NCBI GenBank assembly: GCA_038131935.1
Contig: JAYPQH010000005.1
Location: 27,827-91,826, forward strand
Source: Alphaproteobacteria bacterium
GTDB lineage: Bacteria > Pseudomonadota > Alphaproteobacteria > UBA8317
Length of the DNA: 64,000 nt
Direction of reading: 5' to 3'
Shown here: positions 44,029 through 56,870 of the stretch, one piece after another
Layout of the letters: each line of letters opens with the position of its first letter
Position numbering within the stretch: position 1 is the stretch's first letter
Notes under the pieces: model-generated
The model's input: only the letters and a program-made list of their open reading frames with translations
Told to the model about the DNA's origin: nothing
Database searches by the model: none
Translations under genes and position numbers: made by a program

Positions 44029-44479
44029 ATGGTAAGTCGACGTCCAGAACTACAAGATGAGACACGTCTTCATGTCATGCGTCTGCTTCACGAAAACCCA
44101 AAGCGAACCACAAGAGAATTGGCAAAGCTTGTCGGGGTGTCCAACGGGTCAGCTTATTATCTTCCTTCAGGCTCTTTTGGAGAAGGGGCATGTGAAATTG
44201 GACAATTTTGCCCATAGCCCAAATAAGTCGCAATATATGTATATTCTTACCCCTCAAGGGATCAGCGAAAAGCTCCATCTGACACGCCGTTTCCTCACGC
44301 GTAAAATGGATGAATATGAGCGCCTCAAACGCGAAATCAAACGGTTGGAATCAGAGGTTGAACGTGATGGTGATCTTGGGGGTAAAGGTGAGGGTGCCTT
44401 GAGTTTTAATGAGGACGCAAATGAGGGGCTTAACGAGCAGGGTGAAACCAAACACTTGGTCGGGTCATCCCGTGGTTAA
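44029..44479 (+). CDS. MarR family EPS-associated transcriptional regulator (frameshift near 44160)
   Basis: RLLHENP..TTRELAKLVGVSNGSAYY + LQALLEKGHVKLDNF..SPNK..YMYILTPQGISEK..LTRRFLTRKMDEYERLKREI. Confidence 0.88.
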
Positions 44480-44564
44480 CATTGGGAACGAAAAAAGCGC
44501 GTCTTTTGTTTATGATATCCCTGTTGCGGCATTTCTAAGCTGTCTGAGCGGCTTAAAATTCTTG

Positions 44565-45313
44565 GATGGGTTTTGTTGCTGCAATAACTGCAGGGAACCT
44601 GGAAAGCTTCCTCACTGAAAGTTGCAGAGGCGGCGAAAGGTGATTGAGAATTCTCAGCGTGATTTAAACATTGCATTTGTAAATGAGTTATCGGTTATTT
44701 TTGATCGACTAGAAATCGATACGCTTGAAGTTCTCGAAGCAGCTGGTTCGAAGGGAATTTTCTACCATTCAGACCAGGAATGGTAGGCGGGCATTGTATC
44801 GGTGTTGACCCTTATTACCTAACTCACAAAGCGGAAGAAGTTGGATATAACCCACAGGTCTGTCCTGCTGGTCGACGCATAAACGATAATATGGCGCGCT
44901 ATGCAGCCAAATCTATTGTTAAACGAATGCTGCAAAATGGAATTGATGTGGCTCGTTCGAAAGTTGGAGTCTTGGGATTAACATTCAAAGAAAACTGCCC
45001 TGATATTCGAAACAGTAAAGTCGTAGATTTAATTCGAGAATTGGAGAGTTGGAATGTGACTGGTGAGAGTCTCAGATCCATGGGCTAACACTGATGAAGT
45101 CATGCATGAATATGGTCTTAAACTAGTTGATGCATCGCAAATACAGGGCTCTCGGCAGTTATCGTTGCTGTTGGTCATGACGAATTTCGCGAAATGGATG
45201 TAGGCAAATTTCGTGAACTTTGTGCCGCCAAGGGAGCCGTATTCGGCGATTTAAAATCAATATATGACAAGCAGAGTTTGCTTGACGCTGGCTTTAATGT
45301 TTTCAGATTGTGA
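44565..45313 (+). pseudogene. UDP-N-acetylhexosamine 6-dehydrogenase (WbpA/WbpO/TviB-like), C-terminal half only
   Basis: [56 protein letters not shown]; no N-terminal GxGxxG domain present. Confidence 0.85.
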
Positions 45314-45319
45314 GGAATT

Positions 45320-46379
45320 ATGAGGCTAAATAATTTTCCGATTATCAACGACCGACGCTTGAGGGTTGGGATGGTTGGGTGTGGTCGCATATCCAAAAAT
45401 CATTTTGACTCAATTTCAAGTATACTGAAGAAATGGAGCTTGCTGCGGTTTGTGATAATAATATCGATATTCTTAAGAGAGCAATGTCGCACTATAACGT
45501 TGCAGGGTACGCTGAACTAAAATGAAATGCTGACTAATGAAACCTTAGATTTGGTTGTGCATTGTGCACGCCAAGTGGATTTCATCCTCTGTAATATTCT
45601 CGCAGCCGCGCACGGTGTGCACGTTGTATCCGGAAAACCTATGGCTACTCGTTACAATGATGGTTTGAGAAATGGTCTGGGCGTGCGATGAGGCAGGTGT
45701 AAGGTTATTTGTTGGAAGCAAAATAGAAGTAATGCAACGCTGCAACTCCTCAAACAATCGATGAAAACGATCGGTTCTATTAAAATGGTTCACTTGAATG
45801 TCTTTTTGGACGCGTCCAAGGCAGGACTATTACGATGATGGTCATGGCTGGTGGAACCCGGAGTTTGATGGTGGTGCATTTATGAACCAGGCAAGCCATT
45901 ACGTCGATTTGGCTGGAGTGGCTTATAGGGCCTGTAGAGCGAGTGCGTAACATGAGCACCACTCGTGATATAGAGGCAGAAGATACTGTGTGGTAAATAT
46001 CAAATGGAGAAATGGCGCTCTTGGATCAATGGCTGCAATCGATGCTTACTTATCCAAAAAACTTAGAAGGTAGTATTACCGTCTTGGGTGAATCTGTCCA
46101 GTTAAAGTAGGTAGGTCACGTCAATGAAATTCAAACCGGATTTTGGCTGATCAACGTGATTATGATGCTAAAATTAAACTAGCCAATTACGAGACTATCT
46201 CGGTATATGGGTTTGGCCATACCCTTTGTACTATAAAAATGTAATTGACGTAATGCGTGGAAACGCTGAACCTGAAACCGATGGAAGAGAGGGTTTGAAA
46301 TCATTGAATTTTTTAATCGCTATATATCCATATCTGCGCGAGATGATACCCATTGGGCTACCACTCCATTTCCTTTTAG
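45320..46379 (+). CDS. wbpB: Gfo/Idh/MocA oxidoreductase, UDP-GlcNAcA 3-dehydrogenase (WbpB/WlbA-like), frameshifted
   Basis: VGCGRISKNHF, TPSG, KPMAT, DGGAFMNQASHYVDL, MLTYPKNLEGSITVLGE, SVYGFGH, PETDGREGLKSL. Confidence 0.82.
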
Positions 46380-46389
46380 GGAAAACCAA

Positions 46390-46975
46390 TTGAAAAAATT
46401 ATATGGTTCATGACACTGCATTAATAGACCCCGGGGCAGAAATAGGGAAGTGGATCACGCATTTGGCATTGGGTCCACGTACGTAGTGGCGCCAGGAATA
46501 GGGAAACGTCTCGCTAGGACAGAATGTATTCGTTTGAAATGCGGTGCGGATTGGGTGACAATTGTAAGGTTCAAAAACAACAAGCTAGCATCTATGATAA
46601 TGCAACTCCTGAGGCAGATGTTTTGTGGACCAAGCATGGTGTTTATAAATGTCTATAATCCCTGTCTCGGATTGAACGGGAAGGATGAGAATGGAATACA
46701 CATGCTGGGAAGGGAGCGAATTTTAGGAGCGAATTGTACAGTGGTATGGAGTTAAAATAGGAGCCCTTTGCGTTTGCTGGGGCAGGCGCGGTGGCAACCA
46801 AAACACTAAACCATACGCACTTATTGTTGGTGTGCCGCAAGCAAATCGGATGGATGAGTGAATTTGGTGGAGCAACCTGAGTTACTTACTAGTCGGCAAT
46901 GCCATTTGCATTTGCAAAAATACCGGCGATACATATCGATTGATTAATGGGTCTATTATTAAGGAGAGCCAATGA
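46390..46975 (+). CDS. wbpD: Hexapeptide N-acetyltransferase (WbpD/WlbB-like), frameshifted
   Basis: HDTALIDPGAEIG, IWHW, SLGQNVF, VFCGPSMVFINVYNP, GANCTVV, AFAGAGAV, QIGWMSEFG. Confidence 0.82.
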
Positions 46976-48057
46976 CACCCTTTTGACTTAGCGCGGCACA
47001 GCAAGCAGTGATAAAGCAGCAGGATTGATGAAAATATTTCAAAAGTTTTGTCACATGGTAAATATATTCTGGGTCCAGAGGTGTCAGAACTTGAAGAACG
47101 TTTCAGTGATTGGCTACACTGAGCGAAATACTGCATAACGTGTGCGCCAATGGCACAGACGCGCGCTTCAAATCGCACTTAATGGCAATTGAGTTGAATT
47201 CAGTGATGAGGTCATAACTCTGCATTTTCATATATCGCAACTGCCGAAGCTACTGCTTTATTAAGGGCAAGGCTGGTTTATGTTGATATAGAAGCAGCTA
47301 CTTTCATAATATTGATTCAGCTCTTATCGAAGAAAAATTACGTCTAAAACAAAGGCGATTATTCCAGTTTCATTGTACGGCCGGTCGGCTGATTTTAAGC
47401 TTATTAATAAAATTGCTAAGAAGTATAATTTGATAGTAATTCGAGGATGCACAGAGTTTTGCAGAGCTGAATGGTACAAAATCCTGTAATCTCTGATATT
47501 GCTTGTACATCATTTTTTCCAACAAAAAAACCGCTTGGGTGTTTTGGTGATGGGGGAGCAATTTTTACTTCTAATGAAAAGTTGGCGACGTTGATGCGTC
47601 AAATTGCTCGGATACTGGGCTAAACGCAAAGATATGTGCATGATAGAATAGGATAATAGCCGTTTGATACAATCTAAGCAGCTGTCCTTTAGCTAAGCTT
47701 TTAGTATTCTAGACGTGGAAATTAAGGGGAGGGATGCTAGATTGCTGAATATTACCAACAAAATATTCAGGCAAAATAAGCTGCGATTACCGGCAAAGCA
47801 TTTGAAAATACTAGCGCACATGCGCAGTTTACTTTACGCAGTGATAATCGAGAGTTGTTCTGTGAGCTTCTGAAGCAGAAAAACATCCCCACGGCGATAC
47901 ATTACCCCCTTCCGTTAAATAAAACAGAAGGCCACGGTCACAAGACGAAGAGGGGAAGCAATTTGGAGGTATAGGCAAGTTTTACATTCCAGTACATAGT
48001 TACTTAAGCGATACAAATATCAAATTTATTACCTCTGTGTTGAATTCCATTCAATAA
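46972..48057 (+). CDS. wbpE: DegT/DnrJ aminotransferase (WbpE/WlbC-like), frameshifted
   Basis: HGKYILGPEVSELEE, ANGTDA, PVSLYG, EDAQSF, TSFFP.KPLGCFGDGGAIFT, IPTAIHYP. Confidence 0.82.
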
Positions 48058-48873
48058 CATTATTGTTTTTAAATGCTGCGTACTTTTAGGGTTAGGTATT
48101 TTTAAATGAGTAAATGAGTGTTAAGGATTTAGAAGGAGTACTACTATTGTTCGTTAAAAATAAAAACATGAACTCACTCAAATCAGAATTGTTACATGAT
48201 CATCAGCAACGTTCAGATAATATGCCCAACAGCAGTTGAATATATTACCAAATTTTGCATAGATTGAATATTGCAGCTGCTTTAATTAAAACACTCTATT
48301 GGTTTGAGTGTAGCTTATAAAAAGGAAATTTTTTTGTGCAGTTTCTACATTTTTTATTTTGGTACACAAGAAATTTTAAGTAGTTACAGCTCTTTGTAGA
48401 ATAAAGTCTCATTGTAAGTTCAACATAGTACTCCAAAAATTTTACTCAAATGCTTATTAATAATAAAATTTTAAGGATATAACTCTTGGGCAAACACTAA
48501 AGGCTCTCAACTGTAGCGACTATACTACAGAACCACTTTCTTGTGTTAGATAGGTTAGCAACAAAGAAAATGACTCCAATTAATCACCAGGTCCTGTAAA
48601 ACCTCCTGTGCACCTAATCAAATATATAATTTTGGCAGAAACAAAACCTTTAGAGCTTTTGAATGTTAAGAGGTTTGGAATCGTATTGCTTCAATCAGCC
48701 GAGAAGAATGTGTTACTAGGCGTCGGCTGGAGGTGTGCTTGATAAATTTGCTAATGAAGACGAATTAGTGAATAGATTTGGTTATAAACTGTCAATTTCT
48801 GTAAAAAAAGAGATTTTGGCTATTTGTGTGAATTGGTACAATACTTATTCTTAATAATGATTGAGGTTGTTAT

Positions 48874-49936
48874 ATGAAAATTGCTAATTACTGGAGGTGC
48901 GGGATTTATTGGTTCTGAAGTTATTCGGCAATATATAAATAACACTAATAATGTCGTAATTAATGCTGGACATACCAACGTACGTGCAGGTAACCCACCC
49001 CCTTTGTAGAAGTTTGAATAATGAAAACTATATTTTAGAAACCATAACATTTGTGATGCGGAAGCAATATCTCGAATATTTGAAGAGTTTGAACCTGATG
49101 GTGTAATGCATCTAGCAGCTAATCACATGTTGATAGATCAATTGAGAGGCCGCTAGACTTTTGTTGATAGCTGAATGTCGGGGTACGGCTAATTTGTTAA
49201 ATTCAGCATTGGCTTATTACGCAAACTTCCTAAGGAAAGACAAGAAAATTTTCGCTTCCAACATGTATCTACAGATGAAGTTTACGGGGATTTAGAAGAA
49301 GACTGCCATTTTTATGAAAATACACCGTATAATCCAAGTTCTCCTTATTCGCCAGGGGTAAAGCTTCATCAGCCATTTGGTTCGAGCTTTTGCATCGAAC
49401 TCGGTCTACCAACAGTAATCATAAACCGTTCGAATAATTACGTGGTCATCATCAGTAAATTCTGAAAAAGTTGATTCCCTCTCCTTACTATTTTGAATGC
49501 CTTGAATGGTAAAAAATTTGTCAATTTATGGAAATGGAAATCAAGTGCGTGACTGGCTATATATGTTGACGATCACGTGAGGGCGTTGAGGCTGGTATTT
49601 GAAAAAGGCAAAGTTGGCGGTACGTATAATATTGAGGGGGAGTACAAAGACAAACCTTGAGGTGGTAAAATGATTTGCGACCTACTAGATAAATACGTAC
49701 CCAACCCAAAATTAACTCCCATTTAAATTTAATTGAGCATGTTACTGACTGTCCGGGACATGGACAAACGTTATGCAACAGATTTCACTAAAATTCAGAA
49801 TGAGCTTGGGTGGTGAATCCTGTTGAAACCTTTGAGTCAGGACTTGAAAAGACAATAATGTGGTATTTAAAAATGCAGATTGGTGCAAATCTGTATTAGG
49901 TGGTTCTTACTTAAAGCGTAGTCTTGAGTATTGTGA
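48874..49936 (+). CDS. rfbB: dTDP-glucose 4,6-dehydratase, frameshifted
   Basis: [47 protein letters not shown]. Confidence 0.88.
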
Positions 49937-50820
49937 TGAAGGGCATTGTGCTAGCAGGTGGTCTGGGTACACGTTTATATCCCCCTAACCAAAGCCGTAT
50001 CGAAACAGTTATTGCCTGTTTGTGATAAGCCAACGATATATTATCCAATTTCCGTTCTCATGCTTTCCGGTATAAAAGATATTCTTATTTCACGCCCCCA
50101 TGATATTGATGGATATCAGCGGCTTTTTTGGTGATGGTCTACACTTGGGTCTCAATATCAATTATAAGGTTCAAATCCACGTCCTGGTGAAATTCCGCAC
50201 AAGCATTTATTTTAGGGAGAAGGCTTTATTGGTCAGTCGGATGTGTGTTTAATCCTTGGCGACAATATTTTCTACGGGCAGGCTTTCACCAAAACTCTCA
50301 GATCTGCTGTTACTTCTATGAGCAATGGGTTGGCTACTATTTTTGGTTATCCAGTAAGCTGATCCTTCCAGATTTGGAGTGGTTGAATTTGATCAAAATA
50401 AAAAGCGGTTTCAATTGAAGAAAGCCTAAAAGACCAAAATCAAAATTTGCCGTAACTGACTATATTTTTACCCTAATGACGTGGTAAAAAAGCAATGAAA
50501 TCGACTTTTCCTCAACGCGGTGAGCTAGAGATAAATTAGCATAAAAATAATATGTACTTATTAGAACAGAGGCCAACTGTAGAAGAGCTGGGGAGAGGTT
50601 TTGCATGGTTGGATACGGTACACATGATAGCCTAATGGAAGTCACAAATTTTTATTCACACAATAGAACGTCGGCAGGGATTTAAATTGCATGTTTAGAA
50701 GAGATTTCTTATCGTCAGGGATGGATTGAAAAGGATCAACTTTTAACTTGGCCAGCCTTCCATTACTTAAAACAGCGCATGGAGACTACCTAATAAAAAA
50801 GTGGCGAAATCTATTATTAA
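49936..50820 (+). CDS. rfbA: Glucose-1-phosphate thymidylyltransferase, frameshifted
   Basis: [44 protein letters not shown]. Confidence 0.9.
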
Positions 50821-50822
50821 AT

Positions 50823-51351
50823 ATGAAAATAAATAAAACAAAAAATTAAAGATTTAGTAATTATCGAACCACAAATATTCCGCGATAAACGAGGATACTT
50901 TGGAATCTTATAATGAGCAGAGGTATAGAGAATTTGGAATTCCGTATACTTTTGTTCAAGATAATCGATCAAGGTCAAAAAGATGTATTACGTGGGCTTC
51001 ATTTCCAAAAATCAAAACCACAAGGTAAATTGGTAAGTGTAATATGGTAAAATCTCTTTGATGTGGCAGTAGATCTACGTGTAAATTCATCAACATTTGG
51101 GATGCATGAGTCGGTTATCCTTTCCGTGAAAAAATTGTAGACAATTTTTTTGTCTCCACCTGTTTCGCCCATGTGGCTTTGTTGTATTGTCTGACATTGT
51201 AGAATTCTCGTAAGCAAATGTACTGATTATTATGACTCCCGCTGATGAGGGTGGAATAATCTGGAATGACAAAGATTTGGCTATTGATTGAGGGTAAAAA
51301 TCCCATTCTTTCAGAAAAGACAAAAATTTACCACACTCCTGGACAGAATGA
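50823..51351 (+). CDS. rfbC: dTDP-4-dehydrorhamnose 3,5-epimerase, frameshifted
   Basis: IIEPQIFRDKRG, FVQDNRSRS, LRGLHFQ, PQGKLV, FDVAVDLR, GGIIWND..LAIDW. Confidence 0.88.
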
Positions 51352-51462
51352 AGGTTTAATATTCATTTTGAAATAAAAAAGTGTTAAAAAGTTTAGTTTT
51401 TTATTCAGAAAATTGTCTACTATAAGAAATTTGTAATATGCTCTATTTCAGGTAAAACGCTT

Positions 51463-52673
51463 ATGGAAAAGGACTACTTCTTTTCATACGAAATATAGCA
51501 AAAAGTTCTGTTTGGTATTGTCGGCAAGTTTTAAATTTTCTATCACTTCCACTAATCACTATTTGGTATTCGCCATCAGATTTTGGGTGATTATGCGGAT
51601 TTATATTTTTTATTGGTATATTACTACTTATGACTCTCAGAATGGATATGGCAATCTTACAAGATCCTAATCAATCTGAGAAAAATTCAATGATTTTTAT
51701 AGCGCTTATTTTTAGCGCATTATTAATGTTTACGGTCCTCATAATAAGTATGGGTTTCGTAGCGAAGTGCAGTTTCGAGATATGCTTAATTGTAATTTGT
51801 CTATTTATTTTATCGTTCCAGAATATGGCGATATCCATTGCAAAATTTAAATGAGAGATATTGGACCCCGTCTTTATCAAGATTTTGTTCCTATATTATT
51901 TTTTTTCTGTTTGCCTATTTAATAAAAAAGATCTCTACAATTTCAAATCGTTTATCGCTATCCCACAATTTCATACCTTGCTTAGTACAGCCACTATTAT
52001 AAAAATGTCTTTGTATAGTGTAAAATTTGGCTCCTTGTCCGAAATTCTCTCTTGATTTTGAATAAAAATATAAATTAATTTAAAGTTTGACATGTTTAAT
52101 AATATTTTAAACGTTACTGCGCGTTACTACTGCCAGCGTTTTTACTTAGGTGTGTTTCTTTTAGTGATGAATTATCCTGGTTTGTACTTTTATCATATAA
52201 AATAATGGCAGCGCCTCTGAGCATTACTTCTTTCTATTAGTTATGTTTATAGAAGGAGGCGGTAAAATGAATATAAAAACTCATCAATTCTATGCCATAA
52301 CAAAAAAACTTTGACTATACTTGATCCCCTTAGCAGTTCTGATGTTGGCTTTTTTTATTGTGTTTGGTCCATGGGTTTTCAAAACATTATTTAAAGAAAG
52401 TTGGGAAGGAGTAATACCAATTTTAGCCATATTGATGTTAATGTTTGCTATGAAAATGATAGCATCTCCCATTAGCTTTTCATTTTACATAGTAGACAGA
52501 TTAGTTTTTGATCTTTTCGGGCATATTTTATTCGTTACTTGTATAATTATATCAATTTTTGTTGGGTTTATCCTCGGTAATCATATTTATATCCATTTAT
52601 AGCATTTCAATTTCATCGTGTTTTGTGTACTGTTTCTACCTCTATTAAAATCAGTCCAATTTAGTCGGAATAA
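51463..52673 (+). CDS. Wzx-type oligosaccharide flippase, frameshifted
   Basis: About 1.2 kb of hydrophobic fragments; SLPLIT.WYSPSDFG, TLRMDMAI, GPWVFKTLFKESW; position in cluster. Confidence 0.6.
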
Positions 52674-52674
52674 G

Positions 52675-53200
52675 TGTGTAACTCTACATATCCGCTATCC
52701 AAGTTCCTACTAGTTGGGATTGTTGCAAACTGGTTGAATAGTGAGACGCTCCGTATGGGTTAAACCATTTATGGAGATATTTAGCTTGGCGTTTTGTCCC
52801 CCACGTGAAACGGTTTATCATCTACTCATCACTCGAGTCTCGTGAGTAATGCTGAAAATGTTGTCATTGGTATTGATACGTCGCCCGGTTACATGCCAGG
52901 TTGCTACATTCAAGGTAGCGGTGGAATAGTGATTGGTGATTACACTAAATTTCCTGTAATGTTGGTTTAATTTCCAAAACCATGATGTTTATGATATAAG
53001 TCAACACGTTGACTCAAGACTTAAGCATAAGCATTGGTAAATATTGCTGGATTGGGATGAATGTAATAATTTTACCTAATGTAATAATACCAAATTATTG
53101 TGTGTAATTGGCGCAGGGGCCGTGGTTACTAAGTCCGGTGCAGGACGAGGGTGTACTGTCGGAAATCCTGCAAAAGTTATAAAGATACTTGATGTTTCAA
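52675..53200 (+). CDS. Hexapeptide O-acetyltransferase, frameshifted
   Basis: SPGYMPGCYIQG, IGDY, NHDVYD, IGKYCWIGMNVIILP, CVIGAGAVVTKS, GNPAKVIK. Confidence 0.72.
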
Positions 53201-53287
53201 AATTATTAAATTTAAAAAACGTTGATGAATATATAGGTTTTTACCTGCGACTGCATTTGCAGAATATAGAAAACGAAAGTTGAAATT

Positions 53288-53911
53288 ATGATAGGTGTAA
53301 TTGACATTGGTATATGTAATGTTGGTTCGGTCTTTAAACATGTTAAAACATGTAGGCTTTGGAGGCGAAAAAGAATAACTCAGGAAAAGACTTTTGCAGA
53401 CTTGCTCAAAATTAGTGCTGCCCGTGTCGGGCACTTTAACACGGGAATGCAAAAAATATCCGGAATTTAACTTTAGAGTCGTGGGGCTTAATGAGCGTGT
53501 TTTAGAAGACAAACACCACCTTGGGTGTATATGTTTAGGCATGCAAATGATGTGTCTTTCGAGTGACGAGGGAAGCTCCATGGGCCTTGGTTGGGTTAAT
53601 GCTTACAGTAAAGGACTTGAAGAGGTCTAAATCTCGCCCTACAACACCCCATATGGGGAAATTTTGTAACCCCGCAAAAAACAAAGCGCTTTGATCGAAA
53701 ATTTCAAACCTGAAACAAGGTTTTACTTTGTTCATTCATATTTTATGTTCAAGGTAATAATGTATCTGATGTGTTGCTTACAACAAAATATGGGACAGAA
53801 TTTGTGGAGCGCATTTCCTGTTGATAATATCATTGGTGTACAGTTCCATCCTGAAAAAGTCATGTCTTTGGAGCTCATTTCCTTAAGTGCTTTGGAGCAA
53901 TGCAATGTTAA
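53288..53911 (+). CDS. LPS-cluster HisH-like glutamine amidotransferase subunit, frameshifted
   Basis: IDIGICNVGSV, LGICLGMQ-like motif, GLGWV, PHMG, RFYFVHSY, GVQFHPEK. Confidence 0.8.
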
Positions 53912-54635
53912 TTGGTCGAGTAATCGTTCATTTGCTTATTTGTAATGGTAAATTAATCAAAACAAGGCGTTTGAAGGCCCAATATGTCGGCAGATCCATT
54001 AAACGCAATCAAAATATTTAATGAAAAAGAAGTTGATGAAGTGCTTATAACTGACATGTCTGCAACACAAGGTTCGATTGATCTTGATTTGTAGAAAAAA
54101 TGGCAACTGAAGCATTCATGCCTTTATGTTATAGTGGGGGGATTAAGAGCGTAGAAGAGGCGAAAAAGCTATTCGGTTTAGGAGTTGAAAAATTTGTTTA
54201 ACTCTCTGCGAGCATTAAAGCATAAAATCTTATTATTGATTTGGTAAAATGCTTGGGTCGCAGAGCATTGCCGTGAATATAAACTTAAAGAAAACATTTT
54301 TGGTTCTGTAAAATTTTGATGCGTTGCCAAAAGAAAACTATCACTGAAAACCCACAAAAATACATTGAAGAAATCAGCGAATTAAAAATTGGTGAACCTA
54401 TTCTCACGGACGTTGATAGGGATGTAGTGAAATGCGTGGTTTTAACATCAATCTGCTCAATATAGTAAAAAATGCTGACATGCCAATAATTATTTCAGGA
54501 GGTATGTCGTCAGCAGATGAATTAATAGTCGCGGAGCCAAAATGGCGTGCATCAGCTGTATTAGGTGGTAGTTGTTTTATATTTTCTGACCTACAGAGCT
54601 GTGCGATAAATTATCCAAAATGGTGGTGGTTATAA
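53905..54635 (+). CDS. LPS-cluster HisF-like cyclase-fold subunit, frameshifted
   Basis: DPLNAIKIFNEKEVDE, EAFMPLCYSGGI, GVEK, GSQS, DVDRD, PIIISGG. Confidence 0.78.
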
Positions 54636-54639
54636 TATT

Positions 54640-55767
54640 ATGAGGGAAATACTTGATGCAAGAATGTAAAAGGTGCTTAATGAATTCAAGTGTACTCTCC
54701 GTGATTTCTTGAAACTCACTTCGGTTGTAATTGTTATTGTTGGTGATTCAATGACTGGCCAAAGTAGTTTTGTAGAGAGTAGTGAAGCTGATAGGGCCAG
54801 TTTTATTGATAAAATAAAAAAGAAGGTAAAACAAAGCCTTATGATTGTATCGTTGAGTTTCTGGGGGCTTGATAGTAGCTATACTTTGCATTTGGCGCTT
54901 CAATGTGGATTGCGTCCACTAGTGGTTCATATGGATAACGGCTGGAATTCTGAATTGGCACAAAATAATATTTCTAATCTTGTTAATTCTTTTTAGGGTC
55001 TTAATTTGTATACCCCATGTGATTGATTGGGGATGAGTATCGTGTTATGATGCAGGCCTTCTTCGATGCAGACGTTATTGATATTGAGCTACTTTACGAT
55101 AATGCTTTTTTGGCAGTTGTCTATAAATTAGCTAAGAAATATAACTTAAAAGTCATACTTTATGCAGGTACAAATAACTCCAATAGAGGGTATAGTTATA
55201 CCTGAGGGTTGGAACTGGTACAAATACGATGTAAGAAATATAAAAATATTTGCAAGGAATTTTCAGGTGTGAAAACGATGAAATCATTCCCATATATTTC
55301 TACGCTGCAGAGAATCGCGTTCCGGCAGGTGCTTAGAATAAATTTAACGCATTTTTTTAGACTACTTCACAAATAAAAGAAGAAGCCCAAAATTCTATTT
55401 ATGAATAAATATGGATACAAACCTTACCCCTACAAGCATTATGAATCTGTTTCTTACTCGCTTTTATCAAGGTTATATTCCCACTTAATAAATTTGGTGT
55501 AGATAAAAGGCTGCCTCATTTAAGTGCGCTTTGTTGTTAGCGGACAACTTACGAGAGAGGAGGGAATGAGTATCCTGTAATATAACTTCCTTATCCTAGT
55601 CAGCGACTTAGAAATAGATATTGAGTATTTTGAAAAAGATGAAGTGGCGGGAACAAGTGAATTGAATGACTACTTTCAACGCCAAAAAGAAAGAGTAATG
55701 TGATGAGTACAAATCAGAAGTGCAACTTAACAAATTCTTACTAAAGTTAAAACTTGGTTCAACTTAA
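54640..55767 (+). CDS. N-acetyl sugar amidotransferase (WbpG/WbuX family), frameshifted
   Basis: SGGLDSSY, GLRPLVVHMDNGWNSELAQNNI, QAFFDADVIDIELLYDNA, YPYKHYESV, FGVDKR. Confidence 0.85.
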
Positions 55768-55769
55768 TC

Positions 55770-56870
55770 AATCAGTGCGCTTTCTTTGTAGATTGCAAAA
55801 ATAAACCTGGTGGTGCTGAACGAAGATTTTATTATCTTTGTGAGTATTTCAACTCCAGGTAAGACACCGTATTTACTCACTAATGATCAATTTGTTTGAG
55901 GTGTTATCTGATACAATAATAATTCCATAACAAATGTATTCAAAGCTGACTTGTCTGGAACAAAATTCTTGCAGCTATCACCTTGGTGCTTAAAGTAATT
56001 GTATATATCAAAAAAGAAAAAATTAAACATGTACACTTGTGTTAATCCTTCCTTATACATTCATAATCATCCTTTCAATGAGAGTTGTTGGGAATACTAC
56101 GTCCGTTTCAATAGTCAATTCAATAATAATAAGTAATAAAAAGGACTTGAAATTACATTCAAGGTTCTTTGGTGGGCTACGTTTAAGATCACTGATAAGG
56201 TTGATTTTCTTTCACTCCCTCCGTTAGGCGCAATATGGCCCATATATTCGGTGTAGATTTAATAAATGATAAGAAATGTTATATTTCACCATGCTCGTTC
56301 TCAAAGAGTGCTTCAATGATGCTTTCCCAAAACCGGTAGATTTAAATTTTGAAAAAAAGAAATTTATGATTCGTGTTTGCACGACTAATAAAAGGGAAAA
56401 GGATTTGAATCTGCTTGACGCACTTAAAATGCGACGATGAAGGGTATAAATTCGACGTAGTAATATGCGGACAAGGTCCACTACTTGTAAAATTATGGGA
56501 AAGAAGTCGGAAAGAATATTTACCTTTACCACTTCTGTTAGATTATGCTGAAGATATGCAAACACCTGAACCAAGCACGGACTGCGCTTAGCCTTCAATA
56601 ATTTGGAAACTATCCTCTCACAGTTCTTACTTGAGGCGCTCTAACGTTGTAATATAATTGTTGAAAGCGTTGGTGACACTATTCAATATTGAAAGGAAAT
56701 TTAGCAAATTTGATTGAATACAATGCAATAAAATTAAAGCAGGCCATGATTGATGCTAAATACAAAGATACCGTTCTTAATTTTGAAGGATAGATAGTGT
56801 CTTGCAAAATCACTGGTGGAAACTTACGCAAGCTATTTTGAGTCACTCATAAAGCAAATAAAAGGTAATT
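55770..56870 (+). CDS. Glycosyltransferase (GT4-like), heavily frameshifted
   Basis: KPGGAERRF near start; ENYPSQFLLEA-like motif near 56606. Confidence 0.55.

Noticed and set aside
53288-54635. hisH/hisF as histidine biosynthesis genes
   Set aside because: Embedded with a WbpG-type amidotransferase in a glycan cluster and carry the IKIFNEKEVDE signature of LPS-associated paralogs
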